From: a virus
Length of the DNA: 16,501 bases
Strand: one strand, 5' to 3'
Virus genome (UHGV): UHGV-0096653
Of this stretch, positions 7,526-15,931 are shown piece after piece. The position numbers and the translations under genes are program-made. How positions within the stretch are numbered: position 1 is the stretch's first letter; the number at the start of each line of letters is the position of its first letter. Below the pieces are notes generated by a model. It was not told the DNA's origin. It made no database searches and saw nothing but the letters and a program-made list of their open reading frames with translations.

Positions 7526-7624
7526 GAAGCAGCAGACAAGCGAAGCGCGTCAGCGATACGGCACCTTGCCGACCATACTTCATAAGTGCAAAATACGAGC
7601 AAAGAAATCAATGGAGGCTGTCTT

Positions 7625-8149
7625 ATGGTCATTAATTACAAGCAGTTAAGAGAAAAACGGGAGCAGGTAAAGGAGAGCTTTCGCCGCAATGAAGATCTGA
7701 CCCCGCTTGTACGCCTTGCCCAGGGCATTGTTGATGCTTATGAAATCTCGCTGGAGCTGCCATCACAGACCTGGACAGATAGCGACGGTAATCGCCAGCA
7801 TTACGTTTCATGCGGACTGGAAGCAGCCGAAGGATTTCGCAGAATGCCTTTATCCCAGATCCCTGCCGCTACCCCCAAAGCACGGGGCAGCAATGATGAG
7901 CGAAAACTGACTTTTAGTATTGAAACGGTGGTTGACGACACACCTGGCGAAGTCGCGTTCGTGCACACGCCTGTTTCGATCGCAATGTATAACGATGAAA
8001 TACAGGTTCGCGTTAATAATAATATCGTGCCACTTAAAGAAGGTAATTCACCCTACACCACCGTTTGTGAAGCCATTCAATATTACGTTCTCTCTGAAAT
8101 TGATAATCTCAAGCCTGACGGCACCCAGAAAATGGTTCAACTCTGGTAA
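7625..8149 (+). CDS. Orphan hypothetical protein (174 aa), function unknown
   Basis: GGAGG RBS 7 nt before ATG 7625 (track start 7586 is a GTG extension); ends at a bidirectional terminator shared with the portal gene. No motif recognised. Confidence 0.6.
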   Translation: MVINYKQLREKREQVKESFRRNEDLTPLVRLAQGIVDAYEISLELPSQTWTDSDGNRQHYVSCGLEAAEGFRRMPLSQIPAATPKARGSNDERKLTFSIETVVDDTPGEVAFVHTPVSIAMYNDEIQVRVNNNIVPLKEGNSPYTTVCEAIQYYVLSEIDNLKPDGTQKMVQLW

Positions 8150-8181
8150 AAAGGACAGCCCCATCACGGGGCTGTTTTTTC
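8147..8181. terminator. Bidirectional rho-independent terminator between the orphan ORF and the portal gene
   Basis: CAGCCCC-ATCAC-GGGGCTG stem-loop with TTTTTT on the plus strand and a T-run on the minus strand; the portal stop codon lies in the loop. Confidence 0.7.
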
Positions 8182-9210
8182 ATCAAGAAGAGCATAAGAG
8201 TTAAAACGGATCACCTCTTCGCCAAGCCAGTCATTGATGTGCTTCATAGCCTCCATGACGGGCATCAGCTCGTTAATTGCGTAAACCCGCGCTGCCTTCT
8301 CCACATCGCCAAACGCACTTTTTTCGCCCGGCATCGCCCCCATCAGTTGCGGCGGAACGCGGTGCGCAGCCAGCACATCATCACGGGATGCCGCCTTAAC
8401 ATTCATGAATTCATCTTTTGCGGTGATCTGCTGGAACGGCAAAATTTGCACCCCCTCTTTGCCCCCGTTGGGCGCATGAATGAGCACGTTTTTAAACGCA
8501 CCACCACCACGTGCCCCCTGTAGCGTTTCTTTCAGGGAGTCCATGCTTTCGCGGTTTACCTGCGCTGCACCGATGTAGATGATGCACCCGGCGTGGGATC
8601 CGTTGTCGTAGTACAGTTTTCTGAACATGTCCGCCGAATGAGAAAGGCTGGCCGAGAGTAATGCGCCAAGATATTCCGGCATGCCGTAGATTTCCTGGTT
8701 AATATCCGGATTCATCAGGTGGCACACTTTGCCAGGACGAAACTGAAACGCGTCCTTGCCATCCTGCACATACCACCATGATTCAAGATCGCTTCCGCGT
8801 CGCATGTATTTCGCCAGTGCGTGCCGTAATTTAAGCGGTTCGCCGAGCATATTGCTTCGAAGCTCAAGGTATGCGTTACCGAACACAAACCAGTCCAGCG
8901 CCAGCGCCGAGAAATCCTGCCGGGAAAGCAGCGGGTGCGGGATGTAGCAACCGAGTAATACATTGCGCTTAAAGTAAAGCGCAGACTGATGCCAGGACGT
9001 TTGCCGGGCAGCTCTTGCCAGACCGTACCAGTCCACCGGTGTTTCATACCACCGCCCGTTATCAGCACAGTACATATTGTCCAGCAGGTCATGCCCGGTC
9101 AGGCGATAAGGACCATCAAATGTGAATGCACTGAGCGATGATTCTTTCCTGAGCGCATCAGCGAGATCAATGCGTGAACTCATGCGCACTTTTTTATTTT
9201 TTCTGCTCAT
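8164..9210 (-). CDS. Q: P2-type portal protein (gpQ-like)
   Basis: 348 aa; size and position immediately downstream of, and overlapping, the terminase large subunit on the same strand, as in P2 Q-P. Confidence 0.8.
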   Translation of the reverse strand: MSRKNKKVRMSSRIDLADALRKESSLSAFTFDGPYRLTGHDLLDNMYCADNGRWYETPVDWYGLARAARQTSWHQSALYFKRNVLLGCYIPHPLLSRQDFSALALDWFVFGNAYLELRSNMLGEPLKLRHALAKYMRRGSDLESWWYVQDGKDAFQFRPGKVCHLMNPDINQEIYGMPEYLGALLSASLSHSADMFRKLYYDNGSHAGCIIYIGAAQVNRESMDSLKETLQGARGGGAFKNVLIHAPNGGKEGVQILPFQQITAKDEFMNVKAASRDDVLAAHRVPPQLMGAMPGEKSAFGDVEKAARVYAINELMPVMEAMKHINDWLGEEVIRFNSYALLDEKTAP

Positions 9211-10961
9211 CAGAACTCCATAACCGTGAAACGCTCGTTTTCTCCTTCGCCGCCAATTGGTTCGTTAATGACAGCAAGCATGGTTGCCCACGCAAGGTCG
9301 CCGTGGCTGATCCCCCTCGCGCGGTCCGTTTCGTAAGTGATAAAGCCGCCCGGTGTTTTCACCTTACGCACGGCGTTAAAGGCTGCGACCAGCTCGCGTT
9401 CGGCGCGATCGTATTCCCACCGCCCGGCGCGCATTATTTGCAGCATTTTCAGTACCAGCGACCGTTTTGATGACAGCGTGAAGGTGTACGGAATAGCAGC
9501 AGGGAAAAACCGTTTCACTATCTGATAAACAGCCTCCCCGTTCCCGCCTGTCACATCAATGCCGATGTGTTCCACGTTGTAGCGACACGTGAACTCTTCA
9601 ATGACTCTGGCCTGTTCTTCAAACTCCAGCCCCTGAACGCGTCGCGTCTCCACCGTTCGAAAACGGCCTCCAGGAACAGCCGGAGGAACCACCACGGACA
9701 CAGCGCCGCTGTCGCCGTTTCCACTGCTGCCGTTTGCGTCATACCCAATCCATACCGGACGATTCCCCATCGGGCGGGGAGCAAAAGGTTTCCAGTCTTT
9801 CCAGTCGTCGTATCCGTCAACACCACAGCCAATCAGGATATTCAGGTTAAATGCCGATTCCCCTTCGCGGACAAACTCACACATATAGAGATTGAGGAAC
9901 TCGTCTTCGGTGTTTTCATCACGAATTTCATCAATATCGGTGTGTTTCCAGCCGTGATTAACCACATCTTCCAGCGTGACAATTTGCCGCCACGTCCGGT
10001 CAGGGCAGATAAGCCCGTTATGCAGCGTTTTCCAGTCCACAGAAAAACGCTGGCGTTTATGCGAGGCCTTTTTCTCGTTCCAGCGGTCGCCGTTCCAGTA
10101 GGCGTATGCCTCGTGCGTTTCGGTGGATGGCGTGGAGAAGTAGGTGCGCCGCAGTCCGCTGAGGGTTGCCATAGCGCCAGCCACCTTGCGCAGTTCAGCA
10201 AAGCGACTGACCCAGAAAAATTCATCAAAATAAAAATTGCCCGTGTAGGACTGTGCCGTCGCAGCAGAAGTACCAAGAAAATGCAGCTCTGCGCCGTTGG
10301 AGAGGATGATTTTATCGCCCCCTTTCAGCTCCACATCAACTTCAGATGCAGCCTCCTGAATAATGCTTTTAAACTGGAACGCCTGACGACGCGACGCAGA
10401 CAAAAAAATCTGGTTACGCTGGTAAGGTTGCGCCACATCGTCACGCAGCGCCATCAGCAGTGCTTCCTGAGCAAAATACCAGGTCGCCCCAATCTGTCGG
10501 GATTTCAGGATCATCCTGTTACGTATCCCGGCCTCCCTGCAAAGGGTCAGGGAGTCAAACCAGCCCCGCTGATGCCACTCCAGCCTGCTGATGATTTTTT
10601 CCCGCAGTGCGGCAATCTGTTCCGGCGTGAAATGATTTTTGAGTTTTTTCGCCCGGCTTTTCTTTCCTGTGGCCGTCGCATCCGGCTGGCCATCATGCAG
10701 TTTTTTAAGCTGCCGGGTCAGCAGGTCTATTTCCTTGAAGTCACCACCTGTTTTATTCTGTTTTTCAGTAAGCTGGATGAGGCGCGAATCGATGGACTGC
10801 GTGACACGCTGCACGGGTGGCGTTTCATCCCACTGGTCGCGTTTTTTCCACGCATAAATCGTGTTCGGGTTTATTCCCATCAGACGTGATATTTCTGCGG
10901 GCGGATAACCCTGCCAGTAAAGTTGCCGCGCACGCTGGCGCACAAAAGCGTCCTGAATCAT
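9210..10961 (-). CDS. P: P2-type terminase large (ATPase) subunit (gpP-like)
   Basis: 583 aa; N-terminus MIQDAFVRQRARQLYWQGYPPAEISRLMGINPNTIYAWKKRDQWDE typical of P2-family gpP; divergent from the O-N-M-L operon. Confidence 0.85.
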   Translation of the reverse strand: MIQDAFVRQRARQLYWQGYPPAEISRLMGINPNTIYAWKKRDQWDETPPVQRVTQSIDSRLIQLTEKQNKTGGDFKEIDLLTRQLKKLHDGQPDATATGKKSRAKKLKNHFTPEQIAALREKIISRLEWHQRGWFDSLTLCREAGIRNRMILKSRQIGATWYFAQEALLMALRDDVAQPYQRNQIFLSASRRQAFQFKSIIQEAASEVDVELKGGDKIILSNGAELHFLGTSAATAQSYTGNFYFDEFFWVSRFAELRKVAGAMATLSGLRRTYFSTPSTETHEAYAYWNGDRWNEKKASHKRQRFSVDWKTLHNGLICPDRTWRQIVTLEDVVNHGWKHTDIDEIRDENTEDEFLNLYMCEFVREGESAFNLNILIGCGVDGYDDWKDWKPFAPRPMGNRPVWIGYDANGSSGNGDSGAVSVVVPPAVPGGRFRTVETRRVQGLEFEEQARVIEEFTCRYNVEHIGIDVTGGNGEAVYQIVKRFFPAAIPYTFTLSSKRSLVLKMLQIMRAGRWEYDRAERELVAAFNAVRKVKTPGGFITYETDRARGISHGDLAWATMLAVINEPIGGEGENERFTVMEF

Positions 10962-11115
10962 TGCTCCCCCTGAGTAATTACAGGAAGATTACCCGCGCGC
11001 GAAACCGTTCTCCTTAACCCCCTGCTCTGACTGTTTTCTTACAACAAAAGCCCTTTGTATCTGCCTGTTACGCTTTGCCATCATGACTGAAGAACCAGTC
11101 AGAGGGGCAAAAGCT
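10962..11115. promoter_or_regulatory. Divergent late-promoter region between P and O (P2 PP/PO equivalent)
   Basis: Position only; no clean TGT-N12-ACA activator dyad could be confirmed by eye. Confidence 0.35.
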
Positions 11116-11952
11116 ATGGCTAATGAAAAAAAGACATCCCGCAAAAAGTTTCGCGTGGCTGTCTCCGGATCAACTGTTGATGGCCGTGAAATCAGTCCGG
11201 TGCATCTGCGTGAAGCCGCCGAGAACTTCAACCCGGATGTTTACGCTGCCCGCGTGAACGTTGAGCACTATCTCTCGCCATGCCCGTCAAGCGAATTTTC
11301 CGCAATGGGCGATGTCACCGCACTGAGTACGGAAGACATTACGGAAGGTCCGCTGGCCGGACGTACTGCGCTGTATGCAGAAATCGAACCGACCGAGCGC
11401 ATGAAGCAGCTTGTCGCGGACGGCAAGAAAATCTATTCCAGTATCGAACTGCACCCGCAGTTCTCCGTTAACGGGCGCGCCTATCTGGTCGGGCTGGCGA
11501 TGACCGACACCCCGGCAAGCCTGGGCACTGAGCGCCTGAAATTCACGGCACAGCAACGTCAGGCGGTAATGACGTTCAACAGTGTCCAGGGTGAAGCGCC
11601 GCTTATCTCCGAAGCCATCGAGTCTGAAATCATCGAAATGGCAGAACAACGCCAGGAAGAAGGCACCCAGTGGTTTAACCGCGTAATGGGGATTATTGGC
11701 CGTGGCCGCAAAGCGGATGACGCCAGTTTTTCCCGCATTCAGGAAGCGGTGGAAGGCGTTGCAACGTCACAGGCCGACATTATCGACCGTTTTAATGTGC
11801 TGGAAACCCGCCATCAGCAGGACCGCCAGAAAATCACGTCACTGAACACAGAGCTGACAGCATTGAAGGAAAAACTGCGCACGCAGGACGGCGATCCGCA
11901 GAACCGCTTCACCGCAACGGGCGCAGCCTCCGACCAGCTGGCTGACTTCTGA
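11116..11952 (+). CDS. O: P2-type capsid scaffolding protein (gpO-like)
   Basis: From ATG 11116 (GAGGGG RBS): MANEKKTSRKKFRVAVSGSTVDGREISP... resembles the recalled P2 gpO N-terminus (MAKKVSKFFRIGVEGDTCDGR), and LVGLAMTDTPASLGTE matches LVGLAVTDDPASLGTE. Confidence 0.8.
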   Translation: MANEKKTSRKKFRVAVSGSTVDGREISPVHLREAAENFNPDVYAARVNVEHYLSPCPSSEFSAMGDVTALSTEDITEGPLAGRTALYAEIEPTERMKQLVADGKKIYSSIELHPQFSVNGRAYLVGLAMTDTPASLGTERLKFTAQQRQAVMTFNSVQGEAPLISEAIESEIIEMAEQRQEEGTQWFNRVMGIIGRGRKADDASFSRIQEAVEGVATSQADIIDRFNVLETRHQQDRQKITSLNTELTALKEKLRTQDGDPQNRFTATGAASDQLADF

Positions 11953-11975
11953 TAAGACAAAGGAGCAAATTTTTT

Positions 11976-13028
11976 ATGAATCTGGTGATGTCAGATATTA
12001 CCCGCAACAAGCTGGGTTGCTATATGGCGCAGCAGGCGTCGCTTAACAATATCCCGGTATCTGCACTGGTATCGCGATTTACCGTGGAACCCGCGGTGCA
12101 GCAGCGTTTTGAAAACGCCTCAAAGGAAAGTACCGAATTTACGAAAAGAATTAACGTGATCGGCGTGACCGACCAGAAAGGCGAAAAAATCCTCCTGGAC
12201 ACCACCGGGCCAATTGCACGCACGAATAGCAGTTATGACGGCATCAAACGCCGTAACCCGAATAACGTGATCGATATGAAGTCTCGTCAGTACCAGTGCG
12301 AACAGGTGAACTACGATACCTTTATTTCGTACCCACAGCTTGATACCTGGGCGGCCCACAGCGATTTTCAGTCCCGTATCAGTACACAGATCGCCCGGCA
12401 GGTAGCGCTTGATCGCATCATGATTGGCTTTAACGGCACATCCCACGCCTACGAGTCTGATTTTCACACCAACAAGCTGCTTCAGGACGTTAACGTGGGC
12501 TGGCTGGAGCACATCAGAACCGATGCCAGCGAGCGCGTAATGAATGACGTGACGCTGACCTCCCGCAACATGGACAACACTGTGGCGCACGCGGGTAAGT
12601 ATGCGAATGCCGATGCTCTGGTACAGGATGCGCGCTCATCCCTGCTGGATGAATGGCACAAGGAAGCTGACGACCTCGCGGTGATTATGGGGCGCAACCT
12701 GTTTAACTCGCTGCGTCTGCCCGTGCTGAACAGCATCAGCGGCCAGAATCCCAATGCGGAATTACTTGCCGGGCAGCTCATCCTGTCATCGCGCACCATT
12801 GGCGGGCTGGGCGTGTTCCTTGCGCCGTTCTTCCCGGATGCAACGATGCTTATCACCTCGTTCAACAACCTGTCGATTTACTGGCAGAAAGGTTCAATGC
12901 GTCGCCTGATGAAAGACGAGCCGGAATACAACCGCATCGCCACCTACCAGTCCATCAATGACGCTTATGTCGTTGAAGACTATGGCAAGTGCGCAATGAT
13001 CACTGGCCTGAAGTTCGCCGACAGCTAA
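11976..13028 (+). CDS. N: P2-type major capsid protein (gpN-like)
   Basis: 350 aa; motifs shared with recalled P2 gpN: FTVEP, IMIGFNG (IMAGFNG), GWLE, NLSIYWQ (NLSIYY), YVVEDY. Confidence 0.85.
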   Translation: MNLVMSDITRNKLGCYMAQQASLNNIPVSALVSRFTVEPAVQQRFENASKESTEFTKRINVIGVTDQKGEKILLDTTGPIARTNSSYDGIKRRNPNNVIDMKSRQYQCEQVNYDTFISYPQLDTWAAHSDFQSRISTQIARQVALDRIMIGFNGTSHAYESDFHTNKLLQDVNVGWLEHIRTDASERVMNDVTLTSRNMDNTVAHAGKYANADALVQDARSSLLDEWHKEADDLAVIMGRNLFNSLRLPVLNSISGQNPNAELLAGQLILSSRTIGGLGVFLAPFFPDATMLITSFNNLSIYWQKGSMRRLMKDEPEYNRIATYQSINDAYVVEDYGKCAMITGLKFADS

Positions 13029-13037
13029 TCAACTCAC

Positions 13038-13056
13038 GGCGGGCATCATGCCCGCC
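13038..13056 (+). other. Intergenic perfect stem-loop between N and M
   Basis: GGCGGGCAT-C-ATGCCCGCC; no U-tract, so likely an mRNA processing/stability element rather than a terminator. Confidence 0.4.
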
Positions 13057-13073
13057 TGTAACGGAGAGAAAAA

Positions 13074-13874
13074 ATGATTACTCCTGCACAACAACACTGG
13101 CAGAACGTGATGGCACAGCGCGCAGGCCAGGCGAATGAAGGTGTGGACCACGCCGCGCGTACCGCGCATGAAGAGGTGCTGTATCGTCTGCGTCTGGCAC
13201 AGGCCAGGCTAAAGGGCGTACAGGCCAGAAGCGCGAAAGCCGCCATCAAAAAAGAGTTGTTGCCGGACTTTTCCGGCTGGATTGAGGGAACGCTGGAGAC
13301 TGACGGCGGGCAACAGGACGAAGTAATTGCCACGCTGATGGTGTGGGCGATTGACTGCGGCGATCTTCCGCTGGCGCTGCGTATTGGTGCATATGTGGTC
13401 CGTCACAACCTCATCATGCCGGATAACTTTGGCCGTACTGCTGCCACGGTACTGACCGAAGAAATCTGCAACCCGGTACTGACGCAGGCCGGGACGGATG
13501 CCGACGCGGATTTATCCGCCTTTATCGAACCACTGGACACACTTTGGGAAATTGTCGCCAACCAGGACATGCCGGACGAAGTGCGCGCCAAATTATGCAA
13601 GGCGTGTGCCTTTGCCCGTCGTGGCCTGACCGATGCAGACAACATGGCCTCATCACTGAAGCTGCTGCGCGAAGCGATGCACCTGAACCCGAACGCAGGT
13701 GTGAAACGCGAGATTGCAACCCTTTCCCGCGCCCTGAAAAAAGCCGATTCCGCAGCCGCACCAGAAGACGCCAGCACACCGCAGGCGCAGGACGAAAGCA
13801 GCAAAAGTAAAAAGACAACGCAGAAGCCTGCAACACGAAAAACCACCGCGACGCAGAAGGCAAAGCGCGGTTAA
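13074..13874 (+). CDS. M: P2-type terminase small subunit (gpM-like)
   Basis: 266 aa; MITPAQQHW... and DMPDEVRAKL match recalled P2 gpM (MTSPAQRHM..., DMPDEVRAKL); basic C-terminal tail. Confidence 0.8.
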   Translation: MITPAQQHWQNVMAQRAGQANEGVDHAARTAHEEVLYRLRLAQARLKGVQARSAKAAIKKELLPDFSGWIEGTLETDGGQQDEVIATLMVWAIDCGDLPLALRIGAYVVRHNLIMPDNFGRTAATVLTEEICNPVLTQAGTDADADLSAFIEPLDTLWEIVANQDMPDEVRAKLCKACAFARRGLTDADNMASSLKLLREAMHLNPNAGVKREIATLSRALKKADSAAAPEDASTPQAQDESSKSKKTTQKPATRKTTATQKAKRG

Positions 13875-13890
13875 CGACTGACCCCGTCAG

Positions 13891-13962
13891 CGGGCGGCGT
13901 GCGCGGTGTTCCGGTTTGACTCCGTGACCGTTTACACCGCGCACCCACCGCCCGATTTTTTC
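13891..13962 (+). terminator. Long imperfect hairpin plus T-tract between M and L (possible intra-operon attenuator)
   Basis: CGGGCGGCGTGCGCGGTGT ... ACACCGCGCACCCACCGCCCG followed by ATTTTTTC. Confidence 0.45.
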
Positions 13963-13975
13963 AGGAGTGAACCCC

Positions 13976-14470
13976 ATGAGTATGGTTGCCAGAACTAACC
14001 CCGGCCCCGCAGAGGACGACATCACCGACACCGATGATGGCGATACCCGTATTTCAGCGGGTGCATTCTGGCCGGATATTGTGCTGCGCGAGCTGCGTCT
14101 GGCGGTACGACTGCCGGGCCGCGTGACCACCTCCCGCCTGCTGCATACCGCCACCGGGGCCATAGCACACGTTACCCGCGAGCTGGAAGCATGGCAGCAG
14201 GAACAACAGGCGGCTGGCTATCAGACGCTGGCCGATGTTCCGGCCCCTGTAATTAACGGAGAAAGCGTCAATCTCTGGCACTGGCGCAATGCTGTTTATA
14301 CCGCCACACGCGCCCTGATTCTGGAGCGTTACCGCGATGCGGACACAACGGACAAGGGCGACCGCCGGGCGGACGCACTGGATATACAGACATCGGATTT
14401 GTGGCGCGATGTGAGCTGGGCCATCTCTGACATTCTGGGACGACCGCGAATGTTTGCGGAGCTGTGCTGA
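13976..14470 (+). CDS. L: P2-type head completion/stabilisation protein (gpL-like)
   Basis: 164 aa from ATG 13976 (GGAG RBS); LADVPA..INGESV and ELWRD resemble recalled P2 gpL (LADVPADDIDGESI, ELWRD). Confidence 0.75.
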   Translation: MSMVARTNPGPAEDDITDTDDGDTRISAGAFWPDIVLRELRLAVRLPGRVTTSRLLHTATGAIAHVTRELEAWQQEQQAAGYQTLADVPAPVINGESVNLWHWRNAVYTATRALILERYRDADTTDKGDRRADALDIQTSDLWRDVSWAISDILGRPRMFAELC

Positions 14471-14670
14471 TGAAAGTGAAGGCACTGGAAGGCGACACCG
14501 TGGATTCGCTCTGTTTCCGGTACTACGGCACGACACAGGGCGTCACCGAAAAGGTGCTGGATGCCAACCCCGGACTCTGTCAGCAGGTATTTCTGGACGC
14601 CGGGCAGGAAGTGGAGATGCCGGAGCCGGAGAAGAAGAAACGAGAAATGATTCAGTTGTGGGGGGAGTAG
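14470..14670 (+). CDS. X: P2 gpX-like small protein (LysM-like tail protein X)
   Basis: 66 aa MKVKALEGDTVDSLCFRYYGTTQGVTEKVLDANPGL resembles recalled P2 X (MKTFALQGDTLDAICVRYYGRTEGVVETVLAANPGL); ATGA overlap with L. Confidence 0.8.
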   Translation: MKVKALEGDTVDSLCFRYYGTTQGVTEKVLDANPGLCQQVFLDAGQEVEMPEPEKKKREMIQLWGE

Positions 14671-14672
14671 CA

Positions 14673-14996
14673 GTGAGCACCATTCAAACAGGGATCACAG
14701 AGCAGGTTATTGCGTGGCTCTTTGACCACCTGCCAACGGTGTATGCAGTAGGCGCGGCTGTCAGCATTTCCGCGCTGATGAGTCTTTATGACGGACGAAC
14801 ACTGGTTCAGACCGTAACGGGATCGCTGGCGTGCGGCGTTCTTGCCATGGCCGTGGCCGGGTCGCTGCGCTTCTTCGGGATCCCTGAGGATGCAGTGACG
14901 TTTTTTGGTGCCTCAATCGGTTTTATGGGCGCAGAGAAAGCACGCGACAAGGTTATTGCAATATTTGATCGCAGGGTGAAGGAGAGGAACGAATGA
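14673..14996 (+). CDS. Holin (three predicted TM segments)
   Basis: GTG start after GGGGGAG; hydrophobic segments PTVYAVGAAVSISALMSLY, VTGSLACGVLAMAVAGSL, AVTFFGASIGFMGA and a charged C-terminus; directly upstream of the endolysin with ATGA overlap. Confidence 0.65.
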   Translation: MSTIQTGITEQVIAWLFDHLPTVYAVGAAVSISALMSLYDGRTLVQTVTGSLACGVLAMAVAGSLRFFGIPEDAVTFFGASIGFMGAEKARDKVIAIFDRRVKERNE

Positions 14997-15385
14997 GCAA
15001 CACATTTAAATTCAGCAGCCGAAGCGAAAAGAATTTGCAGGGTGTAAATCCTGATCTGGTGAAAGTGACCCGACGGGCGCTGGAAATCTCGGAAGTGGAT
15101 TTTGGTATCACCGAAGGATTGCGCAGTCGTTATCGTCAGAAGCAGCTCGTGACCACAGGCAAGAGCCAGACCATGAACAGTCGCCATCTCACAGGGCATG
15201 CCGTGGATGTTGTGGCTTATGTCGGCAACCAGGTGTCATGGGAATGGCCGCTGTACGAAAAAATCGCAGCAGCATTCAGACAGGCCAGCCAGGAACTGAA
15301 TATTCCGGTGGAATGGGGCGGCGACTGGAAGACCCTGAAAGACGGACCGCATTTTCAGTTACCACACGGAGCCTATCCGGCATGA
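14993..15385 (+). CDS. Endolysin, peptidase M15 family (L-alanyl-D-glutamate endopeptidase type, T5 Lys-like)
   Basis: 130 aa; zinc-ligand context SRHLTGHAVDV and C-terminal GPHFQL; overall resemblance to the recalled T5 endolysin. Confidence 0.75.
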   Translation: MSNTFKFSSRSEKNLQGVNPDLVKVTRRALEISEVDFGITEGLRSRYRQKQLVTTGKSQTMNSRHLTGHAVDVVAYVGNQVSWEWPLYEKIAAAFRQASQELNIPVEWGGDWKTLKDGPHFQLPHGAYPA

Positions 15386-15789
15386 AGCTCTGGCCCACGC
15401 TTGGCGTCGCTTTCCTTCTGATTGCCGCATGGGGAACATCCATGCGTCTGTCGTGGTCGCTGGGCCGGGAGAACGCCAGAAACGAAGCGCAGGCCAGCAC
15501 CCTGAAAAGTACCGTCGACACACTGAATATCATCAGCGCCGGGGTACAGGATATGCAGCAGGTGCTGGCTCAGCTCCGCGCGGAAAATCAGCAACGCAAT
15601 CAGGACGGAGAGGTAAGACGTGAACAGCTACGCAACGATATTGCAAAAGATGAATGCGCCCACGCTTTGCCTGACGCTCGTTTTACTGACAGGTTGCGCA
15701 GGCACGCAGAACGCGCCAGGGCCAGCGCCGTCAGTCCGGCTTATACCGCAGACGCTGACCATGCCGGTAACGCCTCCCCCCTTCCCTGA
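15382..15789 (+). CDS. i-spanin (Rz/LysB-like)
   Basis: ATGA overlap with endolysin; N-terminal TM (LWPTLGVAFLLIAAWG) then a Q/R-rich coiled-coil-like region; contains the o-spanin gene in another frame. Confidence 0.7.
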   Translation: MKLWPTLGVAFLLIAAWGTSMRLSWSLGRENARNEAQASTLKSTVDTLNIISAGVQDMQQVLAQLRAENQQRNQDGEVRREQLRNDIAKDECAHALPDARFTDRLRRHAERARASAVSPAYTADADHAGNASPLP

Positions 15790-15931
15790 CCCACCCACAT
15801 GGGGAAACCTCGGAATATGGGGCGACCGCCTTCTGGATGCACTGGAAACCTGTAACGCGGATAAACGGGCCATTGCTGAACTGGATAAGAGAATAGCCGA
15901 ACTGACACACCAGACGGGAGTAACACAATGA
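15620..15931 (+). CDS. o-spanin (Rz1/LysC-like outer-membrane lipoprotein), overlapping the i-spanin in a different frame
   Basis: GTG 15620 after GGAGAGG (alternative ATG 15650); lipobox LLTGC; proline-rich mature region PVTPPPFPDPP; ATGA overlap with downstream gene. Confidence 0.65.
   Translation: MNSYATILQKMNAPTLCLTLVLLTGCAGTQNAPGPAPSVRLIPQTLTMPVTPPPFPDPPTWGNLGIWGDRLLDALETCNADKRAIAELDKRIAELTHQTGVTQ

Noticed and set aside
7061-7632. Minus-strand ORFs of 114 aa and 76 aa across the non-coding region
   Set aside because: Arg/Ser/Cys-rich junk-like translations, no RBS; they cross terminator and repeat elements and overlap the orphan gene start.
7040-8160. Search for a P2-type cos overhang (GGCGAGGCGGGGAAAGCAC-like) near the portal gene
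   Set aside because: No convincing match found by eye; cos position left unassigned rather than guessed.
9567-10889. 440-aa plus-strand ORF
   Set aside because: Lies entirely antisense to the terminase large-subunit gene; Arg/Pro-rich, junk-like composition typical of a shadow ORF in GC-rich coding DNA.
13522-14163. 213-aa minus-strand ORF (and the nested minus ORFs 13403-13846, 13209-13406)
   Set aside because: Antisense to the well-supported M and L genes; Arg/Ser-rich shadow frames.
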